Shown here: positions 1 through 13,473 of the stretch, one piece after another
Position numbering within the stretch: the first letter of the stretch is position 1
Layout: each line of letters begins with the position of its first letter
Notes under the pieces: model-generated
Told to the model about the DNA's origin: nothing
Databases searched by the model: none
The model's input: the letters and a program-made list of their open reading frames with translations, nothing else
Assembly (NCBI GenBank): GCA_964616255.1
Contig: CAZTQW010000006.1
Location: 2,389 to 66,388 of the forward strand
Source: an uncultured Candidatus Saccharibacteria bacterium
GTDB taxonomy: Bacteria > Patescibacteriota > Saccharimonadia > Saccharimonadales > Saccharimonadaceae
DNA length: 64,000 nucleotides
Direction of reading: 5' to 3'
Position numbers and translations under genes: made by a program

Positions 1-1775
1 GCGGGGCTGTCGGGGGCAAAGAAAATCTTTAGATCACTGATAATACTAGCGATGATATTCCAGACCGCACTGGATTGTTCTCCGGCGAAATTCTGGAGCA
101 AATCTAACAACGAGGCGCTCGAAACATGGCCAGCTTTCGCGAGGAGCATGCGGTCAATCAGTAAACGTAGTTTTTGCTCTTGTGATAATGTAGCGAACTG
201 TTTCAGCTTTTCTTGGAACTCAGACTCGCCTAAATCGATTAGGTAATGCCCGGACATATCGTCTTTTACTTCTGGTAGGGGCCATTTCGTGTCGTCGGTA
301 GTACCGTCTAAGAGAAAACGTTGTTGTTCCCACCAGGCATGATCGCCATTGTGTGCGCTTTGCAAGGCGGGATAGCCCGGTTGCGAGATCCAGGCATGCA
401 TGAATTCGCGCACGTCAAAATCAGCAAAAACTTGCAGAGAGTTCCAGAGGTCATCGCCGCTAGTATTTTGATATTTATGTTTGTCGAAGTAATAACTAAG
501 CCCACGATAAAAAGCTGCATCGCCCATTCGGCGCATGAGCATAAGCATAAGATGCGCGCCTTTTGCATAGACAATCGCTGCATCAAAGAGTGTAGCAATC
601 TCGGCTGGATGATGAACTTCTTGCTTTACAGCCTGCACTCCGCGCAAAGCATCGCGGCGCAGAGCAGCTAGACAATCACCCGTGAAGAAATCTTCCCAGA
701 TATTAAACTCTGGATAAATTGCATCAGCCGCGCAATACTCGATCATGGTTGCAAAAGATTCATTCAGCCATAAATCGTCCCACCAAGCCATAGTTACTAA
801 ATCACCAAACCACTGGTGCGAAAGCTCGTGAGTGACCGTAGTAGCCACAGTCTTTTTTGTATCGAGCGCCGCAGTGGCATCAGCCAACATCATGGATTCG
901 CGGTAGATTACCAAACCCCAGTTTTCCATGGCCCCAGCTTCAAAATCGGGTAGGGCGACTTGATCGAGCTTAGGCAAAGGGTAGCTCGTATTGAACTTGT
1001 CGTCATAGTAATCTAAAGCTTGAGCGGCAGTCTCGTTGGCAAAAATCAGAGATTCGGTACTTTGGTTGAGTGGAGCATAAGAAGTGACTTTAATTCCGTG
1101 TCGATTGACCGTCGAGACACCACGAAATGGCCCGATCACCCAGGCCAAAAGATAAGTCGACATGGGGGGAGTCTCTTCAAAAACGAAACGGTTATTGTAT
1201 CTAGAACAACAAGGAGTATTGGCTAGTACAGTGTCTTCTGATTTAATATCGTCGAGATTGATACTGAGACGAAACTTGGCCTTGGCGGCAGGTTCGTCTA
1301 TGCAAGGAAAAGCTTCCCGGGCATAATGAGACTCGAATTGGGTGGCGACGATTTTTTTCTCTTCTCCATGATACTTATATGTGGAAATATAACAACCTTG
1401 CATATCATGCTTTAGGCGAGATTCAAATTCAATAATAATAGTACAGCCAAAATCATATTCTCGTAATTCAGGATTTTTCAGCCGGTCAGTGCGATAAAAA
1501 TTCGGAGCCATGTCAGGTGTAATCGGCACGGTAATTAAATTATCTTGATATTTATAAGTACACTTAATACCATCGTAAGTCTCAAAATCATAATCCATGC
1601 CGATCTTACGATAGCGCACGGACTTGATATTCATATTCACAGCATGAAACTTAGCATACTCAGCATAAACAATGCCCCTAATTGCTACTTGGCCAACTAT
1701 TACCTCATGCTTGCGGTCAATTTTAACATCTAATTTATAATCTCTAGGATCAAAGTATTGCTGTAGTCTTTCCAT
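1..1775 (-). CDS. pepN: M1-family aminopeptidase N, 3' end runs off the window start
   Basis: Not in the ORF track (no stop in window). Manual translation from ATG at 1775 (MERLQQYFDPRDY) gives LPDFEAGAMENWGL and VTHELSHQWFGDLVTMAWWDDLWLNESFA (GAMEN plus HEXXH-X18-E). TGTTATAAT lies 6 nt upstream of the ATG. Confidence 0.95.
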   Translation of the reverse strand, partial: MERLQQYFDPRDYKLDVKIDRKHEVIVGQVAIRGIVYAEYAKFHAVNMNIKSVRYRKIGMDYDFETYDGIKCTYKYQDNLITVPITPDMAPNFYRTDRLKNPELREYDFGCTIIIEFESRLKHDMQGCYISTYKYHGEEKKIVATQFESHYAREAFPCIDEPAAKAKFRLSINLDDIKSEDTVLANTPCCSRYNNRFVFEETPPMSTYLLAWVIGPFRGVSTVNRHGIKVTSYAPLNQSTESLIFANETAAQALDYYDDKFNTSYPLPKLDQVALPDFEAGAMENWGLVIYRESMMLADATAALDTKKTVATTVTHELSHQWFGDLVTMAWWDDLWLNESFATMIEYCAADAIYPEFNIWEDFFTGDCLAALRRDALRGVQAVKQEVHHPAEIATLFDAAIVYAKGAHLMLMLMRRMGDAAFYRGLSYYFDKHKYQNTSGDDLWNSLQVFADFDVREFMHAWISQPGYPALQSAHNGDHAWWEQQRFLLDGTTDDTKWPLPEVKDDMSGHYLIDLGESEFQEKLKQFATLSQEQKLRLLIDRMLLAKAGHVSSASLLDLLQNFAGEQSSAVWNIIASIISDLKIFFAPDSP

Positions 1776-1969
1776 AATTTTATTATAACATGGAGAAAAG
1801 GGCGATTTTTCGCGGAAAACTATTGACTTATTATTTTTTACGTGATAAAATCATTGATGTTTCTCAAAAAATATTACGCGATTTTGATTGTGCACTGAGC
1901 ATTTCATGGATTGCGAGAAAGGAATTCATGAGGAGGCCGTGCGCTTCTGCTGAATAATTTTGATTTTTA

Positions 1970-2512
1970 ATGACAATAGAAATAATATTAAACGAGCATG
2001 CAACTTACCGCAAAAATGAGCTACTAATCCAACAAGAATTAGTACGAGCAATCGAAAATAGACGTATTGGATTACGCGCCACCGAGATTTATACCAAGGC
2101 AAAGTTATCACGGCCAACTTTTTACTTACACTGTCGTAACTGTGATGATGCCTTGCGACAGTATGAGGCAAAGTTGCTATACGAATTTGAGAATCTTTCT
2201 GCCTTCAGCTATGTGGGGGCATCGGCCAATTCATGCGACTTAGCTTTTACTGTGCTGATGGGGTTCGTTAGTAAACACCAAGCTTATTTCTTAGCAAATT
2301 TCAAGAACTATAATTTTTACTTATTAACTAAGCTAATTGAAAAAGTTTTGTCAGGCCACTCTTCCCGTATCAGTGATCCGCAAAGCCAGACGGCCTATAT
2401 TGCGGCCATTGAGGCTTTGATCTCACATTGGGGTAGGCACGATCATTTTGCCAGCCGATTGATTCCCTATTACGTTCAGGCTTTACAGCACCCACCGCAT
2501 TTTCGGTGGTAG
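1970..2512 (+). CDS. TetR/AcrR-like transcriptional regulator
   Basis: N-terminal HTH-like segment (ATEIYTKAKLSRPTFYLH); TTGACT-17-TAAAAT promoter at about 1824-1852. Confidence 0.6.
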   Translation: MTIEIILNEHATYRKNELLIQQELVRAIENRRIGLRATEIYTKAKLSRPTFYLHCRNCDDALRQYEAKLLYEFENLSAFSYVGASANSCDLAFTVLMGFVSKHQAYFLANFKNYNFYLLTKLIEKVLSGHSSRISDPQSQTAYIAAIEALISHWGRHDHFASRLIPYYVQALQHPPHFRW

Positions 2513-2516
2513 GAAG

Positions 2517-3902
2517 CTAGTTTTGTAGAAGCTTAGCTAGCTTAGCCTTGATACCGGATTCTTCTGGTGATCCGGCCAGAGTATCCAAAGCAACCCGGAG
2601 CAGGCCGAGAGCAGTGACATAAGAATGATCTAGATTAACCCGTGTGAGATTATTAATGCCCGGAATGTCAGCAGATTCTACCAAATGCACAATCGGTCTC
2701 CTGGCAAAAGGTAAGCTCTTAAACCAATCTGTTGTAGCTAGGACGTCTTGAAGTTCGGTCAAACCAGCGCCACCGCCACAAAGCAGAATCTTATTTGGTA
2801 GCATATCGCTGAGATTAAATTCTTCTAGAGTAATTTCTACACCTGAGAGCCAGACAGCTAAATTACGTTGAATGGCAATCATCATGCGGTCTTTGAGATC
2901 GGCGGGAACTTTCGCAGGATTCTTGATTGATAGCTTATAGTGCTCGGCAGTTTCAAAATCTACGTCTAAAACTTCAGCGATTTGATGAGTGAAACTGCGA
3001 CCACCAATGCTAAACATTTTCGTGCCTTCGACACCGCCATCATCAATTACGGCAATGTCGGTTGTACCGCCACCGATATCCATCACGATACCAGAAAAAC
3101 CGCTTTCTACGTCATCACCCAAACAAGCACGGCAAACCGCAAAAGGCTCTACGGCTACCGCCAGTAGGTCGAGGGACAGTTCCGCGCAGACCTTTTCTAT
3201 GGCTGAAATATGCACTAGTGGAGCGAAAGCTGTATAGAATTGGATTACGACGTCTGTGCCTTTGAAACCAATGGGGTTAGAAATCTTATAACCGTCGATA
3301 CTAATGCTAACAATTGCCGAATTGATCAAACGAACTTGTACATTAGGGTTATTGGTTTCGTCGGCGATGGCCTTGCGAGCTTGTTCGCCAGCTCGATCCT
3401 GTACTCTTTTAATGATGAGAGCCATCTCTTGCTCAGTCAAAGGCTTGTTGCCACTCTTGCGGCGATAACGCACGGTGCTAGTATTACCTTTAATGAGCTC
3501 GCCTGCAATACCAACAACTGCTAATTTGCTGGTCGTACCGGATTGCTTCTCGGCTTGGCTCAGAGCCCGTTCGCAAACCGAAATTACGGCCGGGATATCA
3601 GCAATGGCTCCAGAATACATATTATTGGCGCCTTGCCTAGCTCTACCTACACCAATCACATCTAGACCACCCTGGTCGTTTTGTTTAGCTATTACAGCTT
3701 TAACATATTCTGTACCAATGTCAAGAGCAAGAATAGTATCCTCGTTCCGCACTTCAGCCTGCTCTTGTTCTTTATAAATCTCTGGTAGATCGTCCAATTG
3801 CGCAGGCTGCTCATCAGCTTCATCAGACGTCCGCTTGGCTATTTTGTTCAATTGAGCAGCTTTGGCAGATGCAGCAGATTTTACGTTATTGAAAAATCCC
3901 AT
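2517..3902 (-). CDS. ftsA: FtsA-like actin-fold cell division ATPase
   Basis: Motifs LALDIGTEYVKA, MDIGGGTTDIAV and LLCGGGAGL, plus an SHS2-like insert. It may be a paralog rather than the ftsZ-linked copy. Confidence 0.7.
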   Translation of the reverse strand: MGFFNNVKSAASAKAAQLNKIAKRTSDEADEQPAQLDDLPEIYKEQEQAEVRNEDTILALDIGTEYVKAVIAKQNDQGGLDVIGVGRARQGANNMYSGAIADIPAVISVCERALSQAEKQSGTTSKLAVVGIAGELIKGNTSTVRYRRKSGNKPLTEQEMALIIKRVQDRAGEQARKAIADETNNPNVQVRLINSAIVSISIDGYKISNPIGFKGTDVVIQFYTAFAPLVHISAIEKVCAELSLDLLAVAVEPFAVCRACLGDDVESGFSGIVMDIGGGTTDIAVIDDGGVEGTKMFSIGGRSFTHQIAEVLDVDFETAEHYKLSIKNPAKVPADLKDRMMIAIQRNLAVWLSGVEITLEEFNLSDMLPNKILLCGGGAGLTELQDVLATTDWFKSLPFARRPIVHLVESADIPGINNLTRVNLDHSYVTALGLLRVALDTLAGSPEESGIKAKLAKLLQN

Positions 3903-3909
3903 TTTGGTC

Positions 3910-6801
<2,892 letters not shown>

Positions 6802-6825
6802 TGTTATATACATAAGGAGTATTCT

Positions 6826-8571
6826 ATGAATAAAACCGGAGCACAACCCGACCTCACCAAGTCCAATCCAGAAGAGCCAAAAGTTGAGCTCCAGTCGGAT
6901 TCAGTTGAACCGCAAATTAAATCGCAAGTATCGCCGGTACCTCAAGTAGAAACTCAAACAGGAACTCAACCTGCTCCGATTAAGTCTGAGAAATCTCACA
7001 AAAAGTTAATTATTATCATCGTCAGTGTACTAGTGGTCCTCGCTGTTGCTGGTACTGCCGTAGCATGTACACTCCTACAAAACAAGACTAACACTAGCCA
7101 GGACCAACCAGATAATAGTCAAGATGATGATCAAGTGTCTACCGGCCCTCTTCCTGAGCAAATTTCCGATTTTGACCTAGCTTTCCTTAACAAGGATAAT
7201 GCTAGCAGCAACCAACTTTATAGTCCGCTTTCCATCAAATATGCCCTTGGTATGCTCGAAGTTGGTGCCGCTAATAACTCTGAGCAACAGATCGAAAGCG
7301 CCATTGGCTCACTTACTCCTCAAAAATACCCAAACAACAAAAACATGTCTTTTGCTAATGCCCTCTTTATCAATGATAAACTCCCTGACGATGCTATTAA
7401 GACATCTTACACTGCGGCACTCCGTGATCAATTTGGTGCTGAAGTCTTGCGGGTGCCTTTTAGCTCGGCCAGCTCCATCAATAATTGGGTGAAAGACAAG
7501 ACGTTTGGTTTGATCAGTGATCTATTAAATGATGAGATGTTGGCTCCAAAGGGTGGTCCCGAGCAAGCTTTCGCCCTCGTCAATGCTCTGGCTATTGATA
7601 TGGAATGGGTGAATAAGATCCAGCCTTTGCGCGAAAGTTACAGTGTTCACTTCCCATACATTAATTACAATTCCTATATTAATCCGTTCGAACTTGAAGG
7701 ATTTACTAAGCAGGCTTTCAATAATTCTGCCATCGACGTCAAGTCCCTCCGAATTGCTGCGACTATCCATAAATATGACTTGCTAAACGATCTCGGTGTA
7801 GACAATATACGTCAAATGGTCGCTGATGAGTATACCGAGTGGCTCGAGACCGAAGATGCTAAAATTTGTGCCGAATATCGTGACGAAGATTTTCCTTCTG
7901 TTAATGAATATGTTGATGACTATATAGAAGCTCTTGGTAACGGTGGCTATGAAACCGTCAAAAGTTCTACTGATTTCTCTCTGTATGATGACGATGAAAT
8001 TAAATCTTTTGCCAAGGATCTCAAGACCTACGATGGCATTACTCTGCAATACGTCGGCATAATGCCAAAGTCTCGCTCGCTTCAGAATTACATCAAGGGC
8101 CTTACTACCGAAAAATTAGCTACTACTATCAACCAACTTAAACCTATTGCCCTGGAGAATTTCTCTGATGGTGTGATTACTGATATTACTGGTAATATTC
8201 CAGTTTTTAAATTCCAGGATAAGCTTGACCTAGTTGAGGCACTTCAAGGTTTAGGTATTACTGATATCTTCAGTCCGTCTACGGCCGACCTTTCTAATCT
8301 TTCTAACGATTCTACCGGACTTTATATCGGTAATGCGGTCCATCAGACTACTGTTGATTTTAGTAATGATGGTATTAAGGCTTCCGCTGCTACTGCCCTT
8401 GTTGGTGGATATGGAGCTGGTGGTGACTGCCTCTACTACCATTATTTCGATGTCCCTGTTGAAAAAATTGACCTCACATTTGATAATCCTTATTTGTTCT
8501 TGATTCGCGATAAAGATTCTGGTAGTATCTGGTTTGTTGGTACGGTGTATCAGCCGACTCTATATCAGTAG
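6826..8571 (+). CDS. Membrane-anchored serpin (serine protease inhibitor family)
   Basis: LYSPLSIKYALGML, INNWVKDKTFGLI, LVNALAIDMEW, hinge GIKASAATA and C-terminal FDNPYLFLIRD...WFVGTVYQP; N-terminal TM anchor. Confidence 0.9.
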   Translation: MNKTGAQPDLTKSNPEEPKVELQSDSVEPQIKSQVSPVPQVETQTGTQPAPIKSEKSHKKLIIIIVSVLVVLAVAGTAVACTLLQNKTNTSQDQPDNSQDDDQVSTGPLPEQISDFDLAFLNKDNASSNQLYSPLSIKYALGMLEVGAANNSEQQIESAIGSLTPQKYPNNKNMSFANALFINDKLPDDAIKTSYTAALRDQFGAEVLRVPFSSASSINNWVKDKTFGLISDLLNDEMLAPKGGPEQAFALVNALAIDMEWVNKIQPLRESYSVHFPYINYNSYINPFELEGFTKQAFNNSAIDVKSLRIAATIHKYDLLNDLGVDNIRQMVADEYTEWLETEDAKICAEYRDEDFPSVNEYVDDYIEALGNGGYETVKSSTDFSLYDDDEIKSFAKDLKTYDGITLQYVGIMPKSRSLQNYIKGLTTEKLATTINQLKPIALENFSDGVITDITGNIPVFKFQDKLDLVEALQGLGITDIFSPSTADLSNLSNDSTGLYIGNAVHQTTVDFSNDGIKASAATALVGGYGAGGDCLYYHYFDVPVEKIDLTFDNPYLFLIRDKDSGSIWFVGTVYQPTLYQ

Positions 8572-8576
8572 TTAAT

Positions 8577-8608
8577 AAAAAAGACCCTGATGATGCTAGG
8601 GTCTTTTT
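8577..8608. terminator. Bidirectional intrinsic terminator
   Basis: AAAAAAGACCCT-gatgatgct-AGGGTCTTTTT between convergent genes. Confidence 0.85.
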
Positions 8609-8625
8609 CTGGGTACCCAGAATGA

Positions 8626-9393
8626 CTAGGAAGGCGCAGATGGAACGAAATTGATGGCAAGTTGACATAAAACGTCCAACATGCTAATTAGCTCGACTTG
8701 ATTGCGGTATTGGCACCTAGCCCGCTTCAGGGCATTACTAAACTCCACATTACAAAACATGATGTGTGTGGGAGGATCCGGTAACCGCAGCAAACTATCA
8801 GTTTGATTAAGGCACTGCGTCTCCAACTCCGTCTTAAAAGATTTTCCTTTGAGCTCAATACTATGACGAAGAGCCTGGTCAAGTTGGCTAATTGTACCCT
8901 TCTCTGGAAATACAACCTTAATGTCGTACTGCTTAGTAAAACTTTCCATAGCTTCCAGATTGAGGTCAAAACTAGTGCCCACAAGACCTAGCTTACATCC
9001 CGATATGCCACTGCGGCACATACTAGCCAGAGCGGAGCTGGGCTTTAAAACTGGCACGTCCACCTGTTGCTGCAAGTGGTCAAAATACTTTTCGTATCCC
9101 AAGAGCGATAATGCTATTGCCCGGCTCTCTTGCTCAGCGACAGCACTCCGGGCTTCTTGTGTCAAAATATGTCGAAGCAATTCTTGATCGCTCTCTTCAC
9201 TGGTAATTAGATCTATCAAACCTTTCTTGCTCTGTGCTCTCATAGTGCCATAAGCACAACAGCCAAACTTGCTGAGAGTGCCGTCCACAGATTCTTTCGA
9301 TAAATTACCGATGAAGCAGATATTCTTCTCAGCGAAGTTGCAGGCATTTTGGACTGCCTCAGGGTCAATTTTCGTGGTTCCTTCTGAAACCAT
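8626..9393 (-). CDS. Asp/Glu racemase-fold protein with a degenerate active site
   Basis: Similar to RacX/YgeA-like segments (VDVPVL, KLGLVGT, IKVVFPE, MFCNVEF). Likely start is ATG 9393 after GAAAGGAAG (ORF track gives 9435). Confidence 0.55.
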   Translation of the reverse strand: MVSEGTTKIDPEAVQNACNFAEKNICFIGNLSKESVDGTLSKFGCCAYGTMRAQSKKGLIDLITSEESDQELLRHILTQEARSAVAEQESRAIALSLLGYEKYFDHLQQQVDVPVLKPSSALASMCRSGISGCKLGLVGTSFDLNLEAMESFTKQYDIKVVFPEKGTISQLDQALRHSIELKGKSFKTELETQCLNQTDSLLRLPDPPTHIMFCNVEFSNALKRARCQYRNQVELISMLDVLCQLAINFVPSAPS

Positions 9394-9546
9394 TTTATCA
9401 CTTCCTTTCAATGTGCTATATGGAATATAATCCATGAATATAGTAAGATTGCAATCAAAAACCTACACGAGGCTTTCTCTCGCGTACCACTATATTAGCA
9501 TACATTACTAAAAAAGTCAATGGTGGCAAATGCAAGCAACTCGCAC

Positions 9547-12500
9547 CTACTGCACTTTGACACATTCGCTGCCCAATAGCTCCGTGAGTGGCCCCATTAG
9601 ATCGTCATTAACATCGATGCGAAATGGTAATTTCAATGGTCGTTTCTTCTCCCCTTCCTTGATCACCATAATGATTTCCTGTACTCCAGGATTTAGCTCA
9701 CAGAGATGACGAATTTCACTTAGGGCCTCGGTATTATCAGGATTCTCGATCAGCACGTAAAGCTTCTCGCCCCGCGGATCTTTAGGCGGATCTACTGGAG
9801 CATGCGATCCTTCGATACTTGAACTACTTGGAGCACTACCATATCCTGCACTTACCGTCGCAGCCCGACTTCTACGGCTAGGTTTAGGAGCGGCTGCTTT
9901 AGGAACAGGTAATTTTTGCCCAGTTGGTTGATACTGCTCAAGGATTTCATCGGCGACAAGTTCAACCTTGTCAGCGATAATTTTTGCATCACTACTGATG
10001 CTGCCATCTTTATCTTTGGCATTAACCCGTCCTATAACTTTAATTACATTATCTTGTTCTAGCTTCCCTCCGACTTCAGCATACAAACTGGGAAAAATAA
10101 TTACTTCTTGCTCAGCAATTTTATTCTCGAGCTTTACGAAGGCCATTTTGGTCCCGCTCTTGGTCATGATGGTGCGCACCGAGCTAATGAGTCCACCAAT
10201 GCTGAGCATCTTACCATCATTTTCGGGCGAAACGAGATCATAGCTGTGAGTCTGCTCGCTGAAATAAGTCTCGTAACGGTCAAGTGGGTGACTAGAAACA
10301 TACAGCCCCATGAGGTCGCGCTCCCAGAGCAAACGCTCTTTTTCTGGGAACTTAGTAGGCGCAGGCTTGATCTCTGGCTCTGGTATTGCACCGGCCTCGC
10401 CCATTGCCCCGAATAAGTCGGTCTGACCACTAGCAGCATCTTTTTGGCGCTTTGCTCCATAAGCTTGGATATTTTCAAGATTAAACAGCAAGTCGCTACG
10501 ATCAGCAAACCGATCAAAGCTCCCTGTCTTAATCGCCGCTTCCCATGACTTTTTGTTGAATTTACTTGAACTTACCCGAGCAGCAAAATCACAAACACTA
10601 GTAAAGGGGCCGTTCTTGTCGCGCTCCGGAATAACATATTCTTCTACCAGTGCCTTGCCCATATTCTTGATACCAGAAAGTCCGAAACGGATCGTCTTCT
10701 CTCCACCCACAATACCAAAATCACCGTATGATTCGTTAATATCAGGCCCTAAGACCTTGAGGCCCATGCGCTTACATTCGGTAATTTCAATGGCGAGACG
10801 ATCCGTCCAACGCATATCTGCGGTCATCAAGGCCGCCATGAAGGCATCGGGGTAATGAGCCTTAAGATATGCGGTCCAATAAGCTACTAGGCCATAGCAC
10901 GCGGCATGACTCTTATTAAAGCAGTAATTCGCGAAATCCAAAAGCTCCGTCCAGAATTGTTCAGCAATTTCTTCGGTAGCTCCACCCACTTCTACGGCAC
11001 CTTTGATGAATTCAGGCTTCACCTTATTCATAAGGTCAACTTTCTTTTTACCCACTGCCTTACGCAAGGTATCAGCCTGACCACCAGTAAATCCACACCA
11101 TTCGCGAGAAATCTGCATGAACTGCTCCTGATAGATCATGATACCATAAGTATTCTTAAGTGAGCTCTCTAGACCAGGGTGCAAGTAGGTAATTGGTTCT
11201 TCACCGTGTTTGCGACGAATGAAGCTATCAATGAACTGCATAGGCCCTGGGCGATAAAGGGCCACCATAGCGATGATATCCTCAAAACAGTTAGCTTTAA
11301 GATCGCGCAGATAACGTTTCATGCCGGCCGACTCCAGCTGAAAGACACCGGTGGTTTCTGCTCGCTGCAAGAGTTCGTAAGTTTTTTGATCGTCAAGCGG
11401 TAAATGCACCAGATCAACATCATCATGGTAGACTTTGCGGATCATTCTAAGTGCATTATTAATAACAGAAAGGTTGCTCAGACCCAAAAAGTCCATCTTG
11501 AGCAAGCCCATCTCTTCAATCTGACCCATGGGGAATTGAGCGGCAATCGGGCCCTTGGCCGAAACTTCCAGCGGAACAATCTTTTCTAGATCGTCCGGCG
11601 CGATAATTACACCACAAGCATGTACACCATGATTGCGAATTGTGCCTTCCATTTTGCTAGCAAAGTCTAGCACTTCTTTAGAAACAGGATTGGTTTGATA
11701 CTCGTTACGAAGATCGGGTACGTCTTTGATGGCATCGGCTAGGTGTACATGATGACCTTGCACCGGATCGGGTACTAGCTTGGCCAAGCGATCCGCATCA
11801 GCATAAGGCACTTCTAGCACTCGCGCTACGTCGCGCACGGCATTCTTAGCCATCATCTTACCAAAAGTGGCAATGTTGGAAACGCGCTCACTACCATATT
11901 TGCGCGCACAATATTCAATTACCTCGTCACGGCGAGTATCCTGAATGTCAGTATCAATATCTGGCATAGAGATACGGTCGGGGTTCAAAAAGCGCTCAAA
12001 AAGTAAATCATATTTCAGCGGATCGAGCTCGGTAATCCTCAGGGCATAAGCCAAAATACTACCAGCCGCCGAACCACGACCAGGGCCAAAAACGATGCGT
12101 TGACTCTTGCCCCAGTTAATAAAATCCTGCACGATTAAGAAATAACCGTTGTAGCCCATCTTATCTACCACTCCCAGCTCGTAGTCGATCCGAGGCAGTA
12201 CCTTCATTTTTTCTTCGGCGCGTTCTGGTGTCTGGTCAACTTCTTCTAGGATTTTCCGGCATTCTTCTACCGTAAGGTTAGTGGTTTCTTCGAGTTTCTT
12301 ATTGCCATAACGATAAACCAGCCCTTGAAAAACTAACTTATCGAGGTAGCTTTTTTCATTCTCGCCGTCTGGCAAGGGGAATTTAGGAATGAGGATTCTT
12401 CCTAGCTGTAAATCAACATTGCAGCGGTCGGCAATACGTCGAGTATTACGTACAGCCTCCGGAAAATCTTTACCCCAACGTGCGATAATGTCATTAGGTG

Positions 12501-13293
12501 GGATCACGTGTAACTCGAACTCTTTCAGGCTCATGCGGTTAGGGTTTGACAGATTAGAAGCCGTACCCACACAGAGCAGCACCTCGTGCGTATCTTGATC
12601 TTCGTGATGTAAATAGTGCGCATCACATGTCACTACAAGTGGCAAACCAGTCTCCTTGGAAATTTCTTGTAGCTTGAGGTTGATTTGATTTTGCACTTCC
12701 CAGTGAGTCGGAGACTCGGGGTGACCATGATCCTGCATTTCGAGATAAAATCGCCCATCATAGATCTTAGAGTACCATTCAACGAGCTCTTTCGTGCGCT
12801 TCTCATCGTTTGCCCGAATCGCTTCGGAGATTTCCGATCCAGCACAACCAGATAGGCAGATAATTCCCTCACGGTATTTTTCCATGATTTCGTGGTCGAT
12901 ACGCGGTTTATAATAGCGACCGTTAATCTCGGCTTGCGACATCAAATGGCAAAGGTTCTCAAAGCCCTTGTTATTCATGGCAAGGAGTGTAATGTGGAAG
13001 CGCTGTTTATCGTGGGCTGGGTCATGATCGGTCATTTTGCGCGCGGCAACATAAGCTTCTAGACCGAGAACGGGCTTAATCCCAGCATCATTACAGGTCT
13101 TATAAAGCTCTACTAGACCGCTCATAGTGCCGTGATCAGTGACGGCTACCCCTTCCATACCTTGCTCTTTGACGAATTCGACTAAATCTGGGATTTTTGT
13201 AAGTCCATCTAGTAGGGAGTAATGCGTATGGTTATGCAAATGCACGAAATCACTCGGTTTTAGTGGTTCAGAATCTTTAGTTACCTCCGTCAT
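9547..13293 (-). CDS. dnaE: DNA polymerase III alpha subunit
   Basis: PHP motif HLHNHTHYSLLDG, GPGRGSAAGS, MPDIDTD, KMDFLGLSNL, FNKSHAACY; 1248 aa with no intein. Confidence 0.98.
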   Translation of the reverse strand: MTEVTKDSEPLKPSDFVHLHNHTHYSLLDGLTKIPDLVEFVKEQGMEGVAVTDHGTMSGLVELYKTCNDAGIKPVLGLEAYVAARKMTDHDPAHDKQRFHITLLAMNNKGFENLCHLMSQAEINGRYYKPRIDHEIMEKYREGIICLSGCAGSEISEAIRANDEKRTKELVEWYSKIYDGRFYLEMQDHGHPESPTHWEVQNQINLKLQEISKETGLPLVVTCDAHYLHHEDQDTHEVLLCVGTASNLSNPNRMSLKEFELHVIPPNDIIARWGKDFPEAVRNTRRIADRCNVDLQLGRILIPKFPLPDGENEKSYLDKLVFQGLVYRYGNKKLEETTNLTVEECRKILEEVDQTPERAEEKMKVLPRIDYELGVVDKMGYNGYFLIVQDFINWGKSQRIVFGPGRGSAAGSILAYALRITELDPLKYDLLFERFLNPDRISMPDIDTDIQDTRRDEVIEYCARKYGSERVSNIATFGKMMAKNAVRDVARVLEVPYADADRLAKLVPDPVQGHHVHLADAIKDVPDLRNEYQTNPVSKEVLDFASKMEGTIRNHGVHACGVIIAPDDLEKIVPLEVSAKGPIAAQFPMGQIEEMGLLKMDFLGLSNLSVINNALRMIRKVYHDDVDLVHLPLDDQKTYELLQRAETTGVFQLESAGMKRYLRDLKANCFEDIIAMVALYRPGPMQFIDSFIRRKHGEEPITYLHPGLESSLKNTYGIMIYQEQFMQISREWCGFTGGQADTLRKAVGKKKVDLMNKVKPEFIKGAVEVGGATEEIAEQFWTELLDFANYCFNKSHAACYGLVAYWTAYLKAHYPDAFMAALMTADMRWTDRLAIEITECKRMGLKVLGPDINESYGDFGIVGGEKTIRFGLSGIKNMGKALVEEYVIPERDKNGPFTSVCDFAARVSSSKFNKKSWEAAIKTGSFDRFADRSDLLFNLENIQAYGAKRQKDAASGQTDLFGAMGEAGAIPEPEIKPAPTKFPEKERLLWERDLMGLYVSSHPLDRYETYFSEQTHSYDLVSPENDGKMLSIGGLISSVRTIMTKSGTKMAFVKLENKIAEQEVIIFPSLYAEVGGKLEQDNVIKVIGRVNAKDKDGSISSDAKIIADKVELVADEILEQYQPTGQKLPVPKAAAPKPSRRSRAATVSAGYGSAPSSSSIEGSHAPVDPPKDPRGEKLYVLIENPDNTEALSEIRHLCELNPGVQEIIMVIKEGEKKRPLKLPFRIDVNDDLMGPLTELLGSECVKVQ

Positions 13294-13473
13294 AGGTTAA
13301 TTGTAACATAAATCAGCATTTTTGAGCAGGTTTGGAGCAAAATGCTTGCTAAAATACAGAAACAATTGTAATATCTATTGACATAATATATAATCTGTGA
13401 TATAATTAGAGTATGGGGTATATGCCCTATCGTAGCTTAAGTTTTTCGTTTCTGAAAGAATGGGGGAAATTTT

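Noticed and set aside
52-1733. Short ORFs 52-246, 308-598, 321-671, 1020-1226 and 1545-1733
   Set aside because: They are shadows of the minus-strand pepN frame, which the track missed because its stop is outside the window.
9547-13293. Intein or split in dnaE
   Set aside because: The length is ordinary and there are no C/S...HN splice or LAGLIDADG motifs; the Pro/Ser-rich stretch near the C-terminus looks like a linker.
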